From an uncultured Gammaproteobacteria bacterium (lineage in GTDB: Bacteria; Pseudomonadota; Gammaproteobacteria; UBA9214): DNA of 64,000 bases. The stretch is from the NCBI GenBank assembly GCA_963827755.1, contig CAWHCQ010000014.1, positions 32,001-96,000 on the forward strand, in the 5' to 3' direction. The notes below the pieces were generated by a model that was not told the origin of the DNA, searched no databases, and saw only the letters and a list, made by a program, of their open reading frames with translations. Both the position numbers and the translations under genes were made by a program. Of the stretch, positions 34,343 through 44,454 are shown piece by piece. How positions within the stretch are numbered: position 1 is the first letter of the stretch; each line of letters starts with the position of its first letter.

Positions 34343-35462
34343 ATGAAGCATGTGCACTTTAATTACCTGGTACCAGCATTGTTGGTAACTGCGGTTCTGA
34401 GCAGCGGCTGCAGTTCCATGGCCAGCCAGCCTGTCACTACAGCTGAAGCAACCGACGAGCAGGGCGACTTCATTCGCCAGAAAGACCAGCAGATTTCAAA
34501 CCTGCAATCCAGGGTTAACCAGTTAAGTACAGCGCTGTCCATGGAGCAGCAGAAGTCCATGGCGGCGGCTGCAGCTGCCGGTGTCCCCAACACCGAACTG
34601 TTGCCACCTAACGCCAAGTCCGGCGAATGTTATGCGCGTGTATTCATTCCGCCGACATTCCGCACTGATACCGAGCGTGTGCTGCTGCGTGAGGCAACAT
34701 CCAGAGTCACCACGACGGCACCGAAGTTCGCCTGGGATACAGAGCGTATCCTGGTCAAGGAGGCATCCTCGCGGCTTGAGGTGATTCCTGCCACCTACAC
34801 CTGGGTAGAGGAACGTGTGCTGGTAACGCCGGAATCGACTCGCCTGAAGACAGTTCCTGCTGTGTACAAAACGGTCACAGAGAAGATACTGGACAAGCCG
34901 GCACACACCGTCTGGAAAAAAGGCACTGGCCCGATTACCCGGATTGACGAGGCTACCGGTGAAATCATGTGCCTGGTTGATGTACCTGCCAGCTACAGGA
35001 CCATTAGCAAGCGTGTCCAGGTCAGTGGACCTTCCACTCGGGAAGTGACCATCCCGGCTGAATACAAGACTGTCAAGAAAAGGGTCTTGAAAACACCACC
35101 GTCGACGCGTTCTATCGAGATTCCGGCTGAATACAGGACCGTCAAGGTGAAGAAGCTGGTTGAGCCTGCCAAATCCAGCACCATTCAGATTCCCGCGGAA
35201 TATACGACGGTAACCAAGCGTAACATGGTCACCGAGGGTCACATTGAATGGCGCCCGATCCTGTGCAAGACCAATACGACCCGCGGTGTCGTTCAGCGTC
35301 TTCAGACAGCTTTGAAGGCTGCCGGTCATAACCCGGGCCCGATTGACGGCATTATTGGCCGGCAAACGATGGCTGCCGTGAGGTCCTACCAGACAATCAA
35401 AGGGAATGGCCACGGGTGGCTTGACCATTAACACGCTCAAGTCACTGAACGTTATGTACTGA
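34343..35462 (+). CDS. Lipoprotein with repeated (I/V)PAxYxTV motifs and C-terminal peptidoglycan-binding domain; probable frameshift near 35400
   Basis: Lipobox-like LSSGC, repeats, LQTALKAAGHNPGPIDGIIGRQT; alternative frame gives MATGGLTINTLKSL. Confidence 0.75.
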
Positions 35463-35477
35463 GTCTTCTGTAGACTG

Positions 35478-35511
35478 AAAAGGCCGCGGCCTGGACCGCG
35501 GCCTTTTTTTT
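35478..35511 (+). terminator. Rho-independent terminator, possibly bidirectional
   Basis: AAAAGGCCGCGG-cctgga-CCGCGGCCTTTTTTTT between convergent genes. Confidence 0.85.
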
Positions 35512-35629
35512 GTTTCAGTTCCGGGTGATCGGGGTGTTTGTATACGCCGGCTGTCCCGGCTGGTATCTCCCGCGAACGGTCATGCCGGATACCACGCAAG
35601 TGGATGGCAGGGCCATATTGGGCAATTCC

Positions 35630-36631
35630 CTAGCAGATCCTCGGCAGCGGGTCGTCCTCGAGTTCCTCGAGGATACGCTCTCCGCCGAGTTCCGTTTTCA
35701 GAATCACGTGGCTGTCATTTTTGTCAATGCTGCCAACGATGGCGGCTTCACGGCCATTCGGCAGGCTCTGCCAGCGCTTTAAAACGGCTGCTGCATCATT
35801 GGCATCGACAACCGCGACAACACGTCCCTCGCACGCCAGGTACATCGGGTCGTAACCGAGAATCTCGCACACGGACTGCACGGTGTCGCGGACCGGGATA
35901 TCAACCTGCTCGAGTATCACGCCCATGCCGGTTGCACGATACAGTTCATGACAGACGGTGGCCAGTCCGCCACGTGTCGGGTCACGCATGAAATGCAGAC
36001 CGGCCACTTCGAGTGCGGCCTGCGTCAACGGCAACACGCTGGCGGCATCGGAGCGTACATCACCATGCAGCCCGAATTCCTCGCGGGCGAGCAGTACAGA
36101 GATGCCGTGATCGCCAATCGGCCCGCTTACCAGTATTTTGTCACCGTCCTTTATCAGGTCGAGACCGAGCTTGTGAGGGCTGCGGATACCGATCCCGGTT
36201 GTTGCAAGGTAGAGTCCGCCACCTTCACCGCGACGCAGTACCTTGGTATCGCCCGCAACCACTTCAACCCCGATTTCCCTTGCCGTGTCAGCCAGTGACT
36301 TGATAATGCGCTCCAGGGTGGCGATCTCCATGCCTTCCTCGATAAAGGCATTGAGGCTGAGGTAGCGTGGCACCGCACCGGCAACCGCCAGATCGTTGGT
36401 GGTGCCATGCACCGCGAGTGAACCGATATTGCCACCCGGGAACTCGAGAGGCTGGACGGTAAAACCATCGGTTGTGAACATCAGGTCGTTGCCATTCAAT
36501 GCCAGCGGAACTGCATCGGCCTGCACGTCCAGGCCGGGGTTGGACAAGTGCTGCGCAAAAATCTCTTCGATCAGTTCACGCATGAAGCGGCCGCCGTTCC
36601 CGTGTGCCAGGGCAATATGGGTGTCTTCCAT
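35630..36631 (-). CDS. hypE: Hydrogenase maturation protein HypE
   Basis: AHGNGG, FPGGNIGSLAVHGT, GDTKV, RDPTRGG, C-terminal LPRIC. Confidence 0.97.
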   Translation of the reverse strand: MEDTHIALAHGNGGRFMRELIEEIFAQHLSNPGLDVQADAVPLALNGNDLMFTTDGFTVQPLEFPGGNIGSLAVHGTTNDLAVAGAVPRYLSLNAFIEEGMEIATLERIIKSLADTAREIGVEVVAGDTKVLRRGEGGGLYLATTGIGIRSPHKLGLDLIKDGDKILVSGPIGDHGISVLLAREEFGLHGDVRSDAASVLPLTQAALEVAGLHFMRDPTRGGLATVCHELYRATGMGVILEQVDIPVRDTVQSVCEILGYDPMYLACEGRVVAVVDANDAAAVLKRWQSLPNGREAAIVGSIDKNDSHVILKTELGGERILEELEDDPLPRIC

Positions 36632-38934
36632 TATGATTTGTTCATTGCGTATTCAATCACCTGGCCAAAACTGATGCCTGCGTCATTGACCGGGATAGTC
36701 TCCGGCATGCGTACCGCGAAGCCGTCATTCTCAAGCAAGCTGATCACCTGCTCGGTGAGGATTCGATTCTGGAATACGCCACCGGACAGGCCAATCAAAC
36801 GTGTACCGTGGTCACTGCGCGCCCGGCGTGCCTGTTGCAGGATGCAATCGGCCATGCTCGCATGAAAACAGGCGGAGCGATCAGCAATGGTGCGCGACGC
36901 GTCAAGCAGGACATCAAGCAAGGGCTCCCAGTCAGTGAGCCAGAGGCCGCTGGCATCCTGTTCCAGCGGCAGGCGAACATGATCGTCATGTCCGTTACAC
37001 GCCGCTTCCAGCAGCATGGGGCCCTGTCCTTCGAAGCTTGCCACCGAACACAGCCCGGTCAGTGCAGCCGCTGCATCGAACAGTCTTCCCGCAGCACTGC
37101 TGCGCGGTGTATTCAGTCGCCGTTGCCAGGCATGGTGGAGCAGACGGGTATTTTCGAGTGAGTGCTGATAAGCGCGGTCAGTCTCCCAGCACAGGGCCGC
37201 TGCACTGCGCCAGGGCTCGCGTCCGGCACGTTCACCGCCGGGCAGGTGAAATGGCCTGAATGATGCAAAGCGCTGCCAGTTACCGGGACTGCCCAGCAGG
37301 GCTTCGCCACCCCAGAGTGTCCCATCCTCTCCGTAACCAACTCCGTCCCAGGTGAACACCAGCCAGTTAGCTGCCTCCATCTCCGCACTGCAGGCAACCG
37401 CGGCATGAGCGTGGTGGTGGAATACCCTGTGTACCGGCAAGCCGCAGCGTTCTGCCCAGTGTGTCGAGGCATAACCGGGGTGTGCATCACAGACAACCAC
37501 CTCCGCGCTCACGTTGTAGAGTGACTGCAGATCCCCGATGGTCTGCCTGAATACCTCCAGGCTGCGCGCGTTGCCCATGTCACCGATGTGCGGTGATACC
37601 ACGATGCGTTTTTCCCAGGCGAGGGCGATGGTGTTCTTCATGTGGCCACCGACGGCCAGCACCGGCCTCACCAGCGTAAAGGGCAATTCATGCTCCAGCG
37701 GCGCGCAGCCACGTCCGAGACGGAGCGGGCGAAGCCTGTCACGGATAACCCGGAATACCGGGTCATCGGCAGGCCGTTCAATGGGGCGGTTGTGATGCAG
37801 GAAGGCATCGGCGACGCGGGAAAGCCGGTTTTCGACATCGTTGTCAGCGGTCAATACCGGTTCCCCGCTGATATTTGCCGAGCTTGCGACCAGCGGGGCG
37901 GCAAACTCGTTTAACAAGAGGTGATGCAGCGGGCTATAGGGCAGCATCACGCCGATCTCGTCAAGACCGGGCGCGATGAGTGCGGACAGGCATTCCGATG
38001 TTCTGCTGCGCGCCAGTACAATCGGCCGACCCGGCGAGAGCAGCATATCTGCCTGGTCGCGTGACAGGTAGACACTGCGATTGACGCCTTTCAGTGGCAG
38101 GCCGGCTGGTGCGGGAAACATGACCGCCAGGGGTTTGTGCGGCCGCGGTTTTCTGCTGCGCAGGCGTGCGATGGCCTCATCTCTGCCCGCATCGCACATC
38201 AGGTGATAACCGCCAATCCCTTTGACGGCAACAATCCCGCCGGCACGTAATATTTCAACGCAGGCTGTGATTGCATCGTCATTGCCCCGAACGGGGGGCT
38301 TGCCGGGATAATGAAATTCAAGTTCCGGCCCGCACACCGGGCACGCCACGGGCTCGGCATGGAAGCGCCGGTCCCCGGGATTCTCGTACTCGCTGCGGCA
38401 TGCTTCGCAGAGTTCGAAGCCGGCCATGGTCGTCGCTGCCCGGTCATAGGGCAGGCTCCGGATCAGGGTGTAGCGCGGACCGCACTGGGTGCAGTTGATA
38501 AATGGATAACGGTAACGCCGGTCGGCCGGGTCATTCAGTTCTGCAAGACAGTCGTCGCAGGTAAACAGGTCGGGCGGCACATGGATCCGGCTTTCGCCGG
38601 TGTCAATGCTTTCCCGGATTGAGAAATCAACCAGTTCCTCGGGTTCAACGGCTACGCAGGATTCCAGCCTGGCTGCGGACAGTGGTGGCGCCTGCTGGAA
38701 CAGCCTGCGGGTGAAGGCCTGCAGGTCAGGGTGTTCGCCCTGGATATGGATTTCCACCTGTCCCATGCTGTTGCGCACCCAGCCTGTCAGATCCAGACTG
38801 CGGGCAAGGCGGTAGACGAACGGTCGAAAACCAACGCCCTGAACACGGCCGCTGACGACCTGGTAAAGCGCCGCGGGCAGGGCTTCTTCAGCGGCTGCGG
38901 CGGTCTGTCTGGGTTCGAATGCGTGGGTGGCCAT
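36631..38934 (-). CDS. hypF: Carbamoyltransferase HypF
   Basis: GRVQGVGFRPF, CDDC/NCTQCGPRY/CPVCGP zinc fingers, KGIGG, HHHAH, SGGVFQN. Confidence 0.97.
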   Translation of the reverse strand: MATHAFEPRQTAAAAEEALPAALYQVVSGRVQGVGFRPFVYRLARSLDLTGWVRNSMGQVEIHIQGEHPDLQAFTRRLFQQAPPLSAARLESCVAVEPEELVDFSIRESIDTGESRIHVPPDLFTCDDCLAELNDPADRRYRYPFINCTQCGPRYTLIRSLPYDRAATTMAGFELCEACRSEYENPGDRRFHAEPVACPVCGPELEFHYPGKPPVRGNDDAITACVEILRAGGIVAVKGIGGYHLMCDAGRDEAIARLRSRKPRPHKPLAVMFPAPAGLPLKGVNRSVYLSRDQADMLLSPGRPIVLARSRTSECLSALIAPGLDEIGVMLPYSPLHHLLLNEFAAPLVASSANISGEPVLTADNDVENRLSRVADAFLHHNRPIERPADDPVFRVIRDRLRPLRLGRGCAPLEHELPFTLVRPVLAVGGHMKNTIALAWEKRIVVSPHIGDMGNARSLEVFRQTIGDLQSLYNVSAEVVVCDAHPGYASTHWAERCGLPVHRVFHHHAHAAVACSAEMEAANWLVFTWDGVGYGEDGTLWGGEALLGSPGNWQRFASFRPFHLPGGERAGREPWRSAAALCWETDRAYQHSLENTRLLHHAWQRRLNTPRSSAAGRLFDAAAALTGLCSVASFEGQGPMLLEAACNGHDDHVRLPLEQDASGLWLTDWEPLLDVLLDASRTIADRSACFHASMADCILQQARRARSDHGTRLIGLSGGVFQNRILTEQVISLLENDGFAVRMPETIPVNDAGISFGQVIEYAMNKS

Positions 38935-38958
38935 GAATGCAGGATTGTTTCCGGCGCA

Positions 38959-40092
38959 TCACGCTAAAGCAGTGTCAGTCGCATCGGCCGTCCTGGCGAC
39001 AGGTTCGCGCATGCCGGCTGACCACCAGATGCGGCATGCACCTTCGTCCGAGACCATGCAGGGACCAATCGGGTGACGCGGTGTGCAGGCAACGCCAAAC
39101 AGGCGGCATTCATTCGGGTAAATCTTGCCGAGGACGACCTTTGCGCAGTCGCAGCCGGGCGGCATTTCGCCGGCACGCTTGCGTGCGTCATCGGCATACG
39201 AGGGGAATTCACGGCGTGCATCGTGCGCCTGGTAAGCCGCGTTGATGCTGAACCCGGAATCGGGGATTATCCCGACACCACGCCAGTTGGCGTCGGTTAC
39301 GTCCATGGCCTGGCGCAGCTGCTTTTGCGCCGTGCGGTTCCCGCCGGGCCTGACCAGCTCCGGGTAGCAGTTGTCGAGAAAACACCGGCCTTCCAGCAGC
39401 TGACGCAGCGTGGAGTACATGGCGGCGAGCAGGCTCTCCGTTGTAAAGCCGGCCACGGCGGCCGGGATGCCGTGCTTGCTGACGACAAACTCCCATTCTT
39501 CGGGCCCCATGATGGTAGAGACGTGCCCCGGTGCCACCAGCGCATCAAAGCCGGGGGAATCGGATTGCAGCAGCATGGCGATAGCGGGCCAGGTTAGTCG
39601 ACCGGACAGCAGGATAAACAGGTTGTCCGGTACGCCTTCAACCAGCAGCGACGCGGTCGGTGCGGTCGTGGTCTCGAAACCGGCGGCAAAAAAGACGACC
39701 GGCCTGGCAGGGTTTTCACGGGCGATACGGGCCGCTTCCATTGGCGTCGCGATCGGCCGGATATCGGCGCCCTTTGCCCTGGCTTCCTCCAGGGAGCGCG
39801 CATCCCGCCTGGGAACGTTGACCGGCACACGCAGCATGTCGCCATATGCCACCAGGATGATGTTTTCATTCAGCGCAAGCTGGATGGCCTCGAAGATGTC
39901 CTCTTCCGGGCAGATGCAGACCGGGCAGCCCGGACCCGGGATCAACTCGATATTTTCCGGCAATGCGCTGCGCAGGCCGGCCATGGTGATGGAACGTTCA
40001 TGGCCGCCACAGACATTCATGATGCGCACCCGCGGGGGCAGGGGCAGGCCGCGGATCCGTTCAAGCCAGCGGGCGGCGGTGTCTGAATTCAC
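38959..40092 (-). CDS. hypD: Hydrogenase formation protein HypD
   Basis: NVCGGHE, GPGCPVC, GFETT, PGHVS, GPCMVSDEGAC. Confidence 0.97.
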   Translation of the reverse strand: MNSDTAARWLERIRGLPLPPRVRIMNVCGGHERSITMAGLRSALPENIELIPGPGCPVCICPEEDIFEAIQLALNENIILVAYGDMLRVPVNVPRRDARSLEEARAKGADIRPIATPMEAARIARENPARPVVFFAAGFETTTAPTASLLVEGVPDNLFILLSGRLTWPAIAMLLQSDSPGFDALVAPGHVSTIMGPEEWEFVVSKHGIPAAVAGFTTESLLAAMYSTLRQLLEGRCFLDNCYPELVRPGGNRTAQKQLRQAMDVTDANWRGVGIIPDSGFSINAAYQAHDARREFPSYADDARKRAGEMPPGCDCAKVVLGKIYPNECRLFGVACTPRHPIGPCMVSDEGACRIWWSAGMREPVARTADATDTALA

Positions 40093-40902
40093 GCTGATAC
40101 GGTTCCCGCTGCCGGGCTATTCCCGTCACCGTCTGCCTGTATGTTACCGAGGCGGTGTTCAAGTGCGGCAATTTCGCCGAATAGCCAGTGCAGCCACTGG
40201 TCCATGCCGGCGCCTGTCTTTGCAGACAGTTCGAACACGGGTGCCTCGCTGGCAAGGTCCTGCATATGTTGACGCGCCTTGGCGGGGCTAAAGTCATCCA
40301 GCACCGGCAACAGGTCGCTCTTGCTGAGCAGCACCAGGTCGGAGGCGCGGAACATCACCGGGTACTTGGCGGGCTTGTCGTCGCCTTCCGGAACCGACAG
40401 CAGCGTGACGTTGCGGTGCTGGCCCAGGTCAAAGCTGGCCGGGCAGACCAGGTTGCCGACGTTCTCGATAAAGACGATATCCAGACCCTGCAGGTCCAGG
40501 TGGTGCAGAGCATCATGCACCATGTGCGCATCGAGGTGGCAGGCACTGCCGGTCGTGATCTGGATGGCCTCAACACCATGCTTGCGAATCCTGGCGGCAT
40601 CATTTTCGGTCTCGAGATCACCCTCGATGACGGCAATGGAGAGTTCATCTTTCAGGGCATCGATGGTGGATTCGAGCAGGGAGGTCTTGCCGGCACCGGG
40701 CGATGACATCAGGTTGATAGCCAGAACGCCGTGTTTTTCAAAGTGTTCCCGGTTATGCGCCGCGGCGTGATCGTTGGCATGCAGCAGGCTTGCGCAGTAC
40801 CGAGACGGCCTCCCGGCCATCGTCCGTTCTCGACAGCTTGCCGCCCGGCTGTACCAGGTGGGCATTACCGTGGGTCACGTTACATCCGCAGGTATCGCAC
40901 AT
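40089..40902 (-). CDS. hypB: Nickel-insertion GTPase HypB (frameshift near 40793)
   Basis: Start MCDTCGC at 40902 in another frame; SSPGAGKT, EGD, ACHLDA, ENVGNLVCPA, EGDDKPAKYP. Confidence 0.93.
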
Positions 40903-40955
40903 CAGTTTCTCCCCCTGGACGAAATCATATTGTCAAAAGATGTGGGCATTCCGAT

Positions 40956-41351
40956 CTATCCTCCAAACTGCGGTATATTTTCAGGGCCATCCTCTATTTC
41001 CGCGTGCTTTCTGATCAATTCGACCTGTGAGAGCAGCAGTTCATCTCCGGAAACCACTTTCGTATGCCAGTCGCCGCAGTTCCCGCAGATCAGCCGCGCG
41101 GGCAGTGCATCCGTCAGCTGTCCGCATTGCCGGCAGCTGACACGAACCGGCAGGCTGTCTATAAGAAGTTCTGCATCACTTGCAATGCTGCCTGCACGCG
41201 CAATATAAAAGGCCTGTTCGAGCAGCTGTGGTTCGACACCGGATAACGGGCCGATACCCAGGTGAATGACCACCACCTGCGCGGCGTTTTCCTCCAGTGC
41301 AATCGCCTCTACCTGGTTGATCAGCGCCTGGCACAGTGACAGTTCATGCAT
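40956..41351 (-). CDS. hypA: Nickel metallochaperone HypA
   Basis: MHELSL, CRQC and CGNC. Confidence 0.95.
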   Translation of the reverse strand: MHELSLCQALINQVEAIALEENAAQVVVIHLGIGPLSGVEPQLLEQAFYIARAGSIASDAELLIDSLPVRVSCRQCGQLTDALPARLICGNCGDWHTKVVSGDELLLSQVELIRKHAEIEDGPENIPQFGG

Positions 41352-41577
41352 TGTCTTCTGCCTCCAGCATCAGGTCAAACATATCCCAGGCGGTACGTGC
41401 CTCCTGGGGTGTGATCTTCTGGATGGCATAGCCGACGTGTACGACAACAAAATCATCAATTTGCAATTCATCGTCCTGCATCATGAACAGGCTGACATCA
41501 CGCTCCACGCCCTTTGCCTCGCAGTTCGCAGTATAGCCAGTGATGGATTTAATCTGCATTGGAATGCCAAGACACAT
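41344..41577 (-). CDS. hypC: HypC/HupF chaperone
   Basis: MCLGIP, VVVHVGYAI. Confidence 0.95.
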   Translation of the reverse strand: MCLGIPMQIKSITGYTANCEAKGVERDVSLFMMQDDELQIDDFVVVHVGYAIQKITPQEARTAWDMFDLMLEAEDNA

Positions 41578-41658
41578 CAGCACTACCCCCGGTTAGATGC
41601 CGGCCGCAGCCGGCAGGCCCATGAACAGCCAATTAAACACGCTCAATTCGATAATGAT

Positions 41659-41672
41659 TTGATGTGGATCAA
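41659..41672. promoter_or_regulatory. FNR box between divergent hyp and hydrogenase operons
   Basis: Perfect TTGAT-GTGG-ATCAA. Confidence 0.85.
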
Positions 41673-41728
41673 TAAACCCCGCCAATGGCTGTTGTCCAAT
41701 CACGGTACATCACTGGAGGGATAAGGGA

Positions 41729-42256
41729 TTGTCAGGCGAAAATACACTGATTCTGGGAATCGGCAATTCACTGCTTGCAGACGAGGGTGTCGGCATTCGA
41801 ATGCTGGCCTACCTGGGCAGGCATTTCCCCGGGCTTTCCGATGTCACCTGTCTTGATGGCGGAACACTGAGTTTCACGCTGGCTCCCTGGATTGAGGAGG
41901 CGGACAACCTGATTGTGATCGATGCCGCGGAGCTCAAGGCTGCTCCCGGCACGGTCAAGGTCTTTGCAGGGGCCGAGATGGACCGGTTTTCCTGCAAAAC
42001 CAAGCGCAGCGTGCATGAAGTCAGCCTGGGAGACTTGCTGGCCATCGCCCATCTGACCGGCGCCTTGCCTGAAAACCGTATCCTGATCGCCATTCAGCCG
42101 CAGGAGATCGACTGGGGTACCAGCCTGAGTAACCCGGTCAAGCGCGCACTGCCGCTGGCAGCTGAGCTGATTATCAGGCAACTGGATGAATGGCAGCCCG
42201 GCAACAGCCTTGCTGCGACCGGACTGCAGGCCAGACCGGCCATGGCGAGTATCTGA
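41729..42256 (+). CDS. Hydrogenase maturation protease (HyaD/HybD family)
   Basis: LGIGNSLLADEGVG, DGGT, IDA, SVHEV; TTG start with GGAGG upstream. Confidence 0.93.
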   Translation: MSGENTLILGIGNSLLADEGVGIRMLAYLGRHFPGLSDVTCLDGGTLSFTLAPWIEEADNLIVIDAAELKAAPGTVKVFAGAEMDRFSCKTKRSVHEVSLGDLLAIAHLTGALPENRILIAIQPQEIDWGTSLSNPVKRALPLAAELIIRQLDEWQPGNSLAATGLQARPAMASI

Positions 42257-42264
42257 GGGACCGC

Positions 42265-42666
42265 ATGGAAACGAGTGAACATACAGCAGCTTGCCCAGTC
42301 CCCGGTGATGTCAGTACCGGAAATGTGAAGCCCTTGCTGCATGAAGTCAGGCATGCCCTGCAGCGCTGGCTGGATGACGGCGAGGTGACTGTCATTGACC
42401 TGCGCAGCATTCCCATGGGCCCGGGTGAGGAAGACCGGATTGTCAGCGAACTGGGACGGGGCGAGGTGCAGGCGCGCATGTCGGCACTGGGGCCCAGCGA
42501 GATTTTCGAGGCACGCTTCCCCGGTGTCTGGCTGGTAACGCACTGGAACAATGATGAGGAAGTCATTGGCAAATTTATCGAAATCTGTGACATGCCGCGC
42601 CTGTTGATGGCGCAGAAAGAGGATATCCGGGAAGGGCTTGAGCTTCTCGACACGCATCTCGCGTAA
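42265..42666 (+). CDS. HupH/HyaF-like hydrogenase expression/formation protein
   Basis: PLLHEVRHAL, IDLRSIP, LGRGEV, PGVWLVTH. Confidence 0.85.
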   Translation: METSEHTAACPVPGDVSTGNVKPLLHEVRHALQRWLDDGEVTVIDLRSIPMGPGEEDRIVSELGRGEVQARMSALGPSEIFEARFPGVWLVTHWNNDEEVIGKFIEICDMPRLLMAQKEDIREGLELLDTHLA

Positions 42667-42697
42667 TGTATGCAACGTCTGCTAGAGGAGACAAGCA

Positions 42698-43789
42698 ATG
42701 TCGAAAGACAAGACTCTGGGTGAGGCGCTGCGGGCGCAAGGGGTTTCCCGCCGCGGCTTTTTGAAATTCTGCGCAGCAACGGCCTCGCTGATGGCATTAC
42801 CGCCCAGCATGGTCCCGGCGATTGCCGCAGCCCTGGAAAAGGCAAAACGGCCATCCGTCATCTGGCTGTCGTTCCAGGAATGTACCGGTTGCACCGAATC
42901 GCTGACCCGCTCCCATTCCCCGACCGTGGAAGGCCTGATTTTCGACACTATTTCGCTGGATTATCACCATACCCTGCAGGCTGCATCCGGTGATGCCGCC
43001 GAGGCAGCCCGCGAGGCGGCAATGGAGGAGAACTGGGGCAAATACATCCTCGTCGTCGACGGTTCCATCCCGGTGGGCAACCCGGGTTTTTCCACCATCG
43101 CCGGTATCAGCAATCTCGATATGCTGACGGAAACGGCAAAGGGTGCTGCTGCCATTGTTTCGGTGGGTACCTGTGCAGCCTATGGTGGTATTCCGCATGC
43201 CAATCCGAATCCGACAGGTGCCGTATCGGTGTCCGATATTGTCAAGGACAAGCCGATTATCAATGTCCCCGGCTGCCCGCCCATCCCGGTGGTCATTACC
43301 GGTGTGCTGGCGCACTTTCTGACCTTCGGCAGTATTCCGGAACTGGATGAACTCGGTCGTCCGATGGTGTTCTATGGAAAGAGCATTCACGACCGCTGTT
43401 ATCGCCGTCCGTTCTATGACAAGGGCCTGTTTGCCAAGACCTTCGATGATGAAGGTGCGAAAAAAGGCTGGTGTCTTTACGAGCTGGGCTGCAAGGGTCC
43501 GACCACCTATAACGCCTGCGCAACCACGAAATGGAACGATGGCACCAGTTTTCCCATTCAATCGGGGCATCCGTGCCTGGGCTGTTCAGAACCCGATTTC
43601 TGGGATGGCGGCGGTTTTTACAAGGCGCTTTCAATGCCCACAGAAGATATTGCGCGTACTGCCGTGTTTGCTATCGGTGCCGGTGCGGCTGCCGGTGTTG
43701 CACTGGGTGCTTTGAACCGGACCAAACACAAGCGCCTCGAGAAGGCGCATGAGAAAGTCACCATCGATGACCTTGAAAAGGGAGGCTGA
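42698..43789 (+). CDS. hynS: [NiFe]-hydrogenase small subunit (Tat signal)
   Basis: SRRGFLK, ECTGCTES, GTCA, PGCPP, HDRCYRR, WCLYELGCKGP, HPCLGC. Confidence 0.95.
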   Translation: MSKDKTLGEALRAQGVSRRGFLKFCAATASLMALPPSMVPAIAAALEKAKRPSVIWLSFQECTGCTESLTRSHSPTVEGLIFDTISLDYHHTLQAASGDAAEAAREAAMEENWGKYILVVDGSIPVGNPGFSTIAGISNLDMLTETAKGAAAIVSVGTCAAYGGIPHANPNPTGAVSVSDIVKDKPIINVPGCPPIPVVITGVLAHFLTFGSIPELDELGRPMVFYGKSIHDRCYRRPFYDKGLFAKTFDDEGAKKGWCLYELGCKGPTTYNACATTKWNDGTSFPIQSGHPCLGCSEPDFWDGGGFYKALSMPTEDIARTAVFAIGAGAAAGVALGALNRTKHKRLEKAHEKVTIDDLEKGG

Positions 43790-43791
43790 TC

Positions 43792-44454
43792 ATGTCTGAA
43801 ACCGAACTCCTGCTATGGGTGCGTGGCCCGGCCCTGCAAATAGCTACCGTCATCTTTCTGATCGGGGTGGCGGTGCGCATACTCGAGATCCTGATGCTGG
43901 GCAGGAAGACTGACCTGGCAGAAGCGCGCGGGTCGGCCCTGGCCGGTGGTTTGCGCACCATAATTACACGATCGCTTGCGGACCGTAACACCCTGCGGCG
44001 TAACATGTTTAACGAGGTCGCCGGCTATATCTTTCATATTGGTTTCTTTGTGGTGCTGCTGTTCTATGCACCTCATATTCTCCTGTTCAAGGATACACTG
44101 GGCCTGAGCTGGCCGGCCCTGCCGACCCCGGTGGTCGATGCCATTACGATCGTCACCATGATCACGCTTGTCGCCGTGCTCCTGCATCGCCTGGTTCACC
44201 CGGTGATGCGGTTTCTGTCAAAGTTCCAGGATTACCTGGTGTGGCTGGTGACTTTTCTGCCGCTGCTGACGGGTTACCTGGCCTTTCATCGCACCGGCAT
44301 TGCGGCACCATCGACCCTGCTGGTCGTTCATATTCTCAGTGTTGAGCTGCTAATGGTGGTCTTTCCGTTTACCAAGCTGATGCATGCTTTTACGATTTTC
44401 ATGTCGCGCTACTACAACGGCGCCATTGCAGGGTACCGGGGGGTGAAATCATGA
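43792..44454 (+). CDS. isp1: Isp1, NarI/DsrM-like membrane cytochrome b
   Basis: Multiple TM helices, FHIG, HILSVELL...FPFTKLMH; follows small subunit. Confidence 0.85.
   Translation: MSETELLLWVRGPALQIATVIFLIGVAVRILEILMLGRKTDLAEARGSALAGGLRTIITRSLADRNTLRRNMFNEVAGYIFHIGFFVVLLFYAPHILLFKDTLGLSWPALPTPVVDAITIVTMITLVAVLLHRLVHPVMRFLSKFQDYLVWLVTFLPLLTGYLAFHRTGIAAPSTLLVVHILSVELLMVVFPFTKLMHAFTIFMSRYYNGAIAGYRGVKS

Noticed and set aside
34523-35599. 358-aa minus-strand ORF
   Set aside because: Antisense to the PG-binding lipoprotein gene.
40089-40902. hypB (and likewise ompW) as true pseudogenes
   Set aside because: All motifs are intact apart from single-base insertions of the kind seen throughout the window; more likely sequence error.
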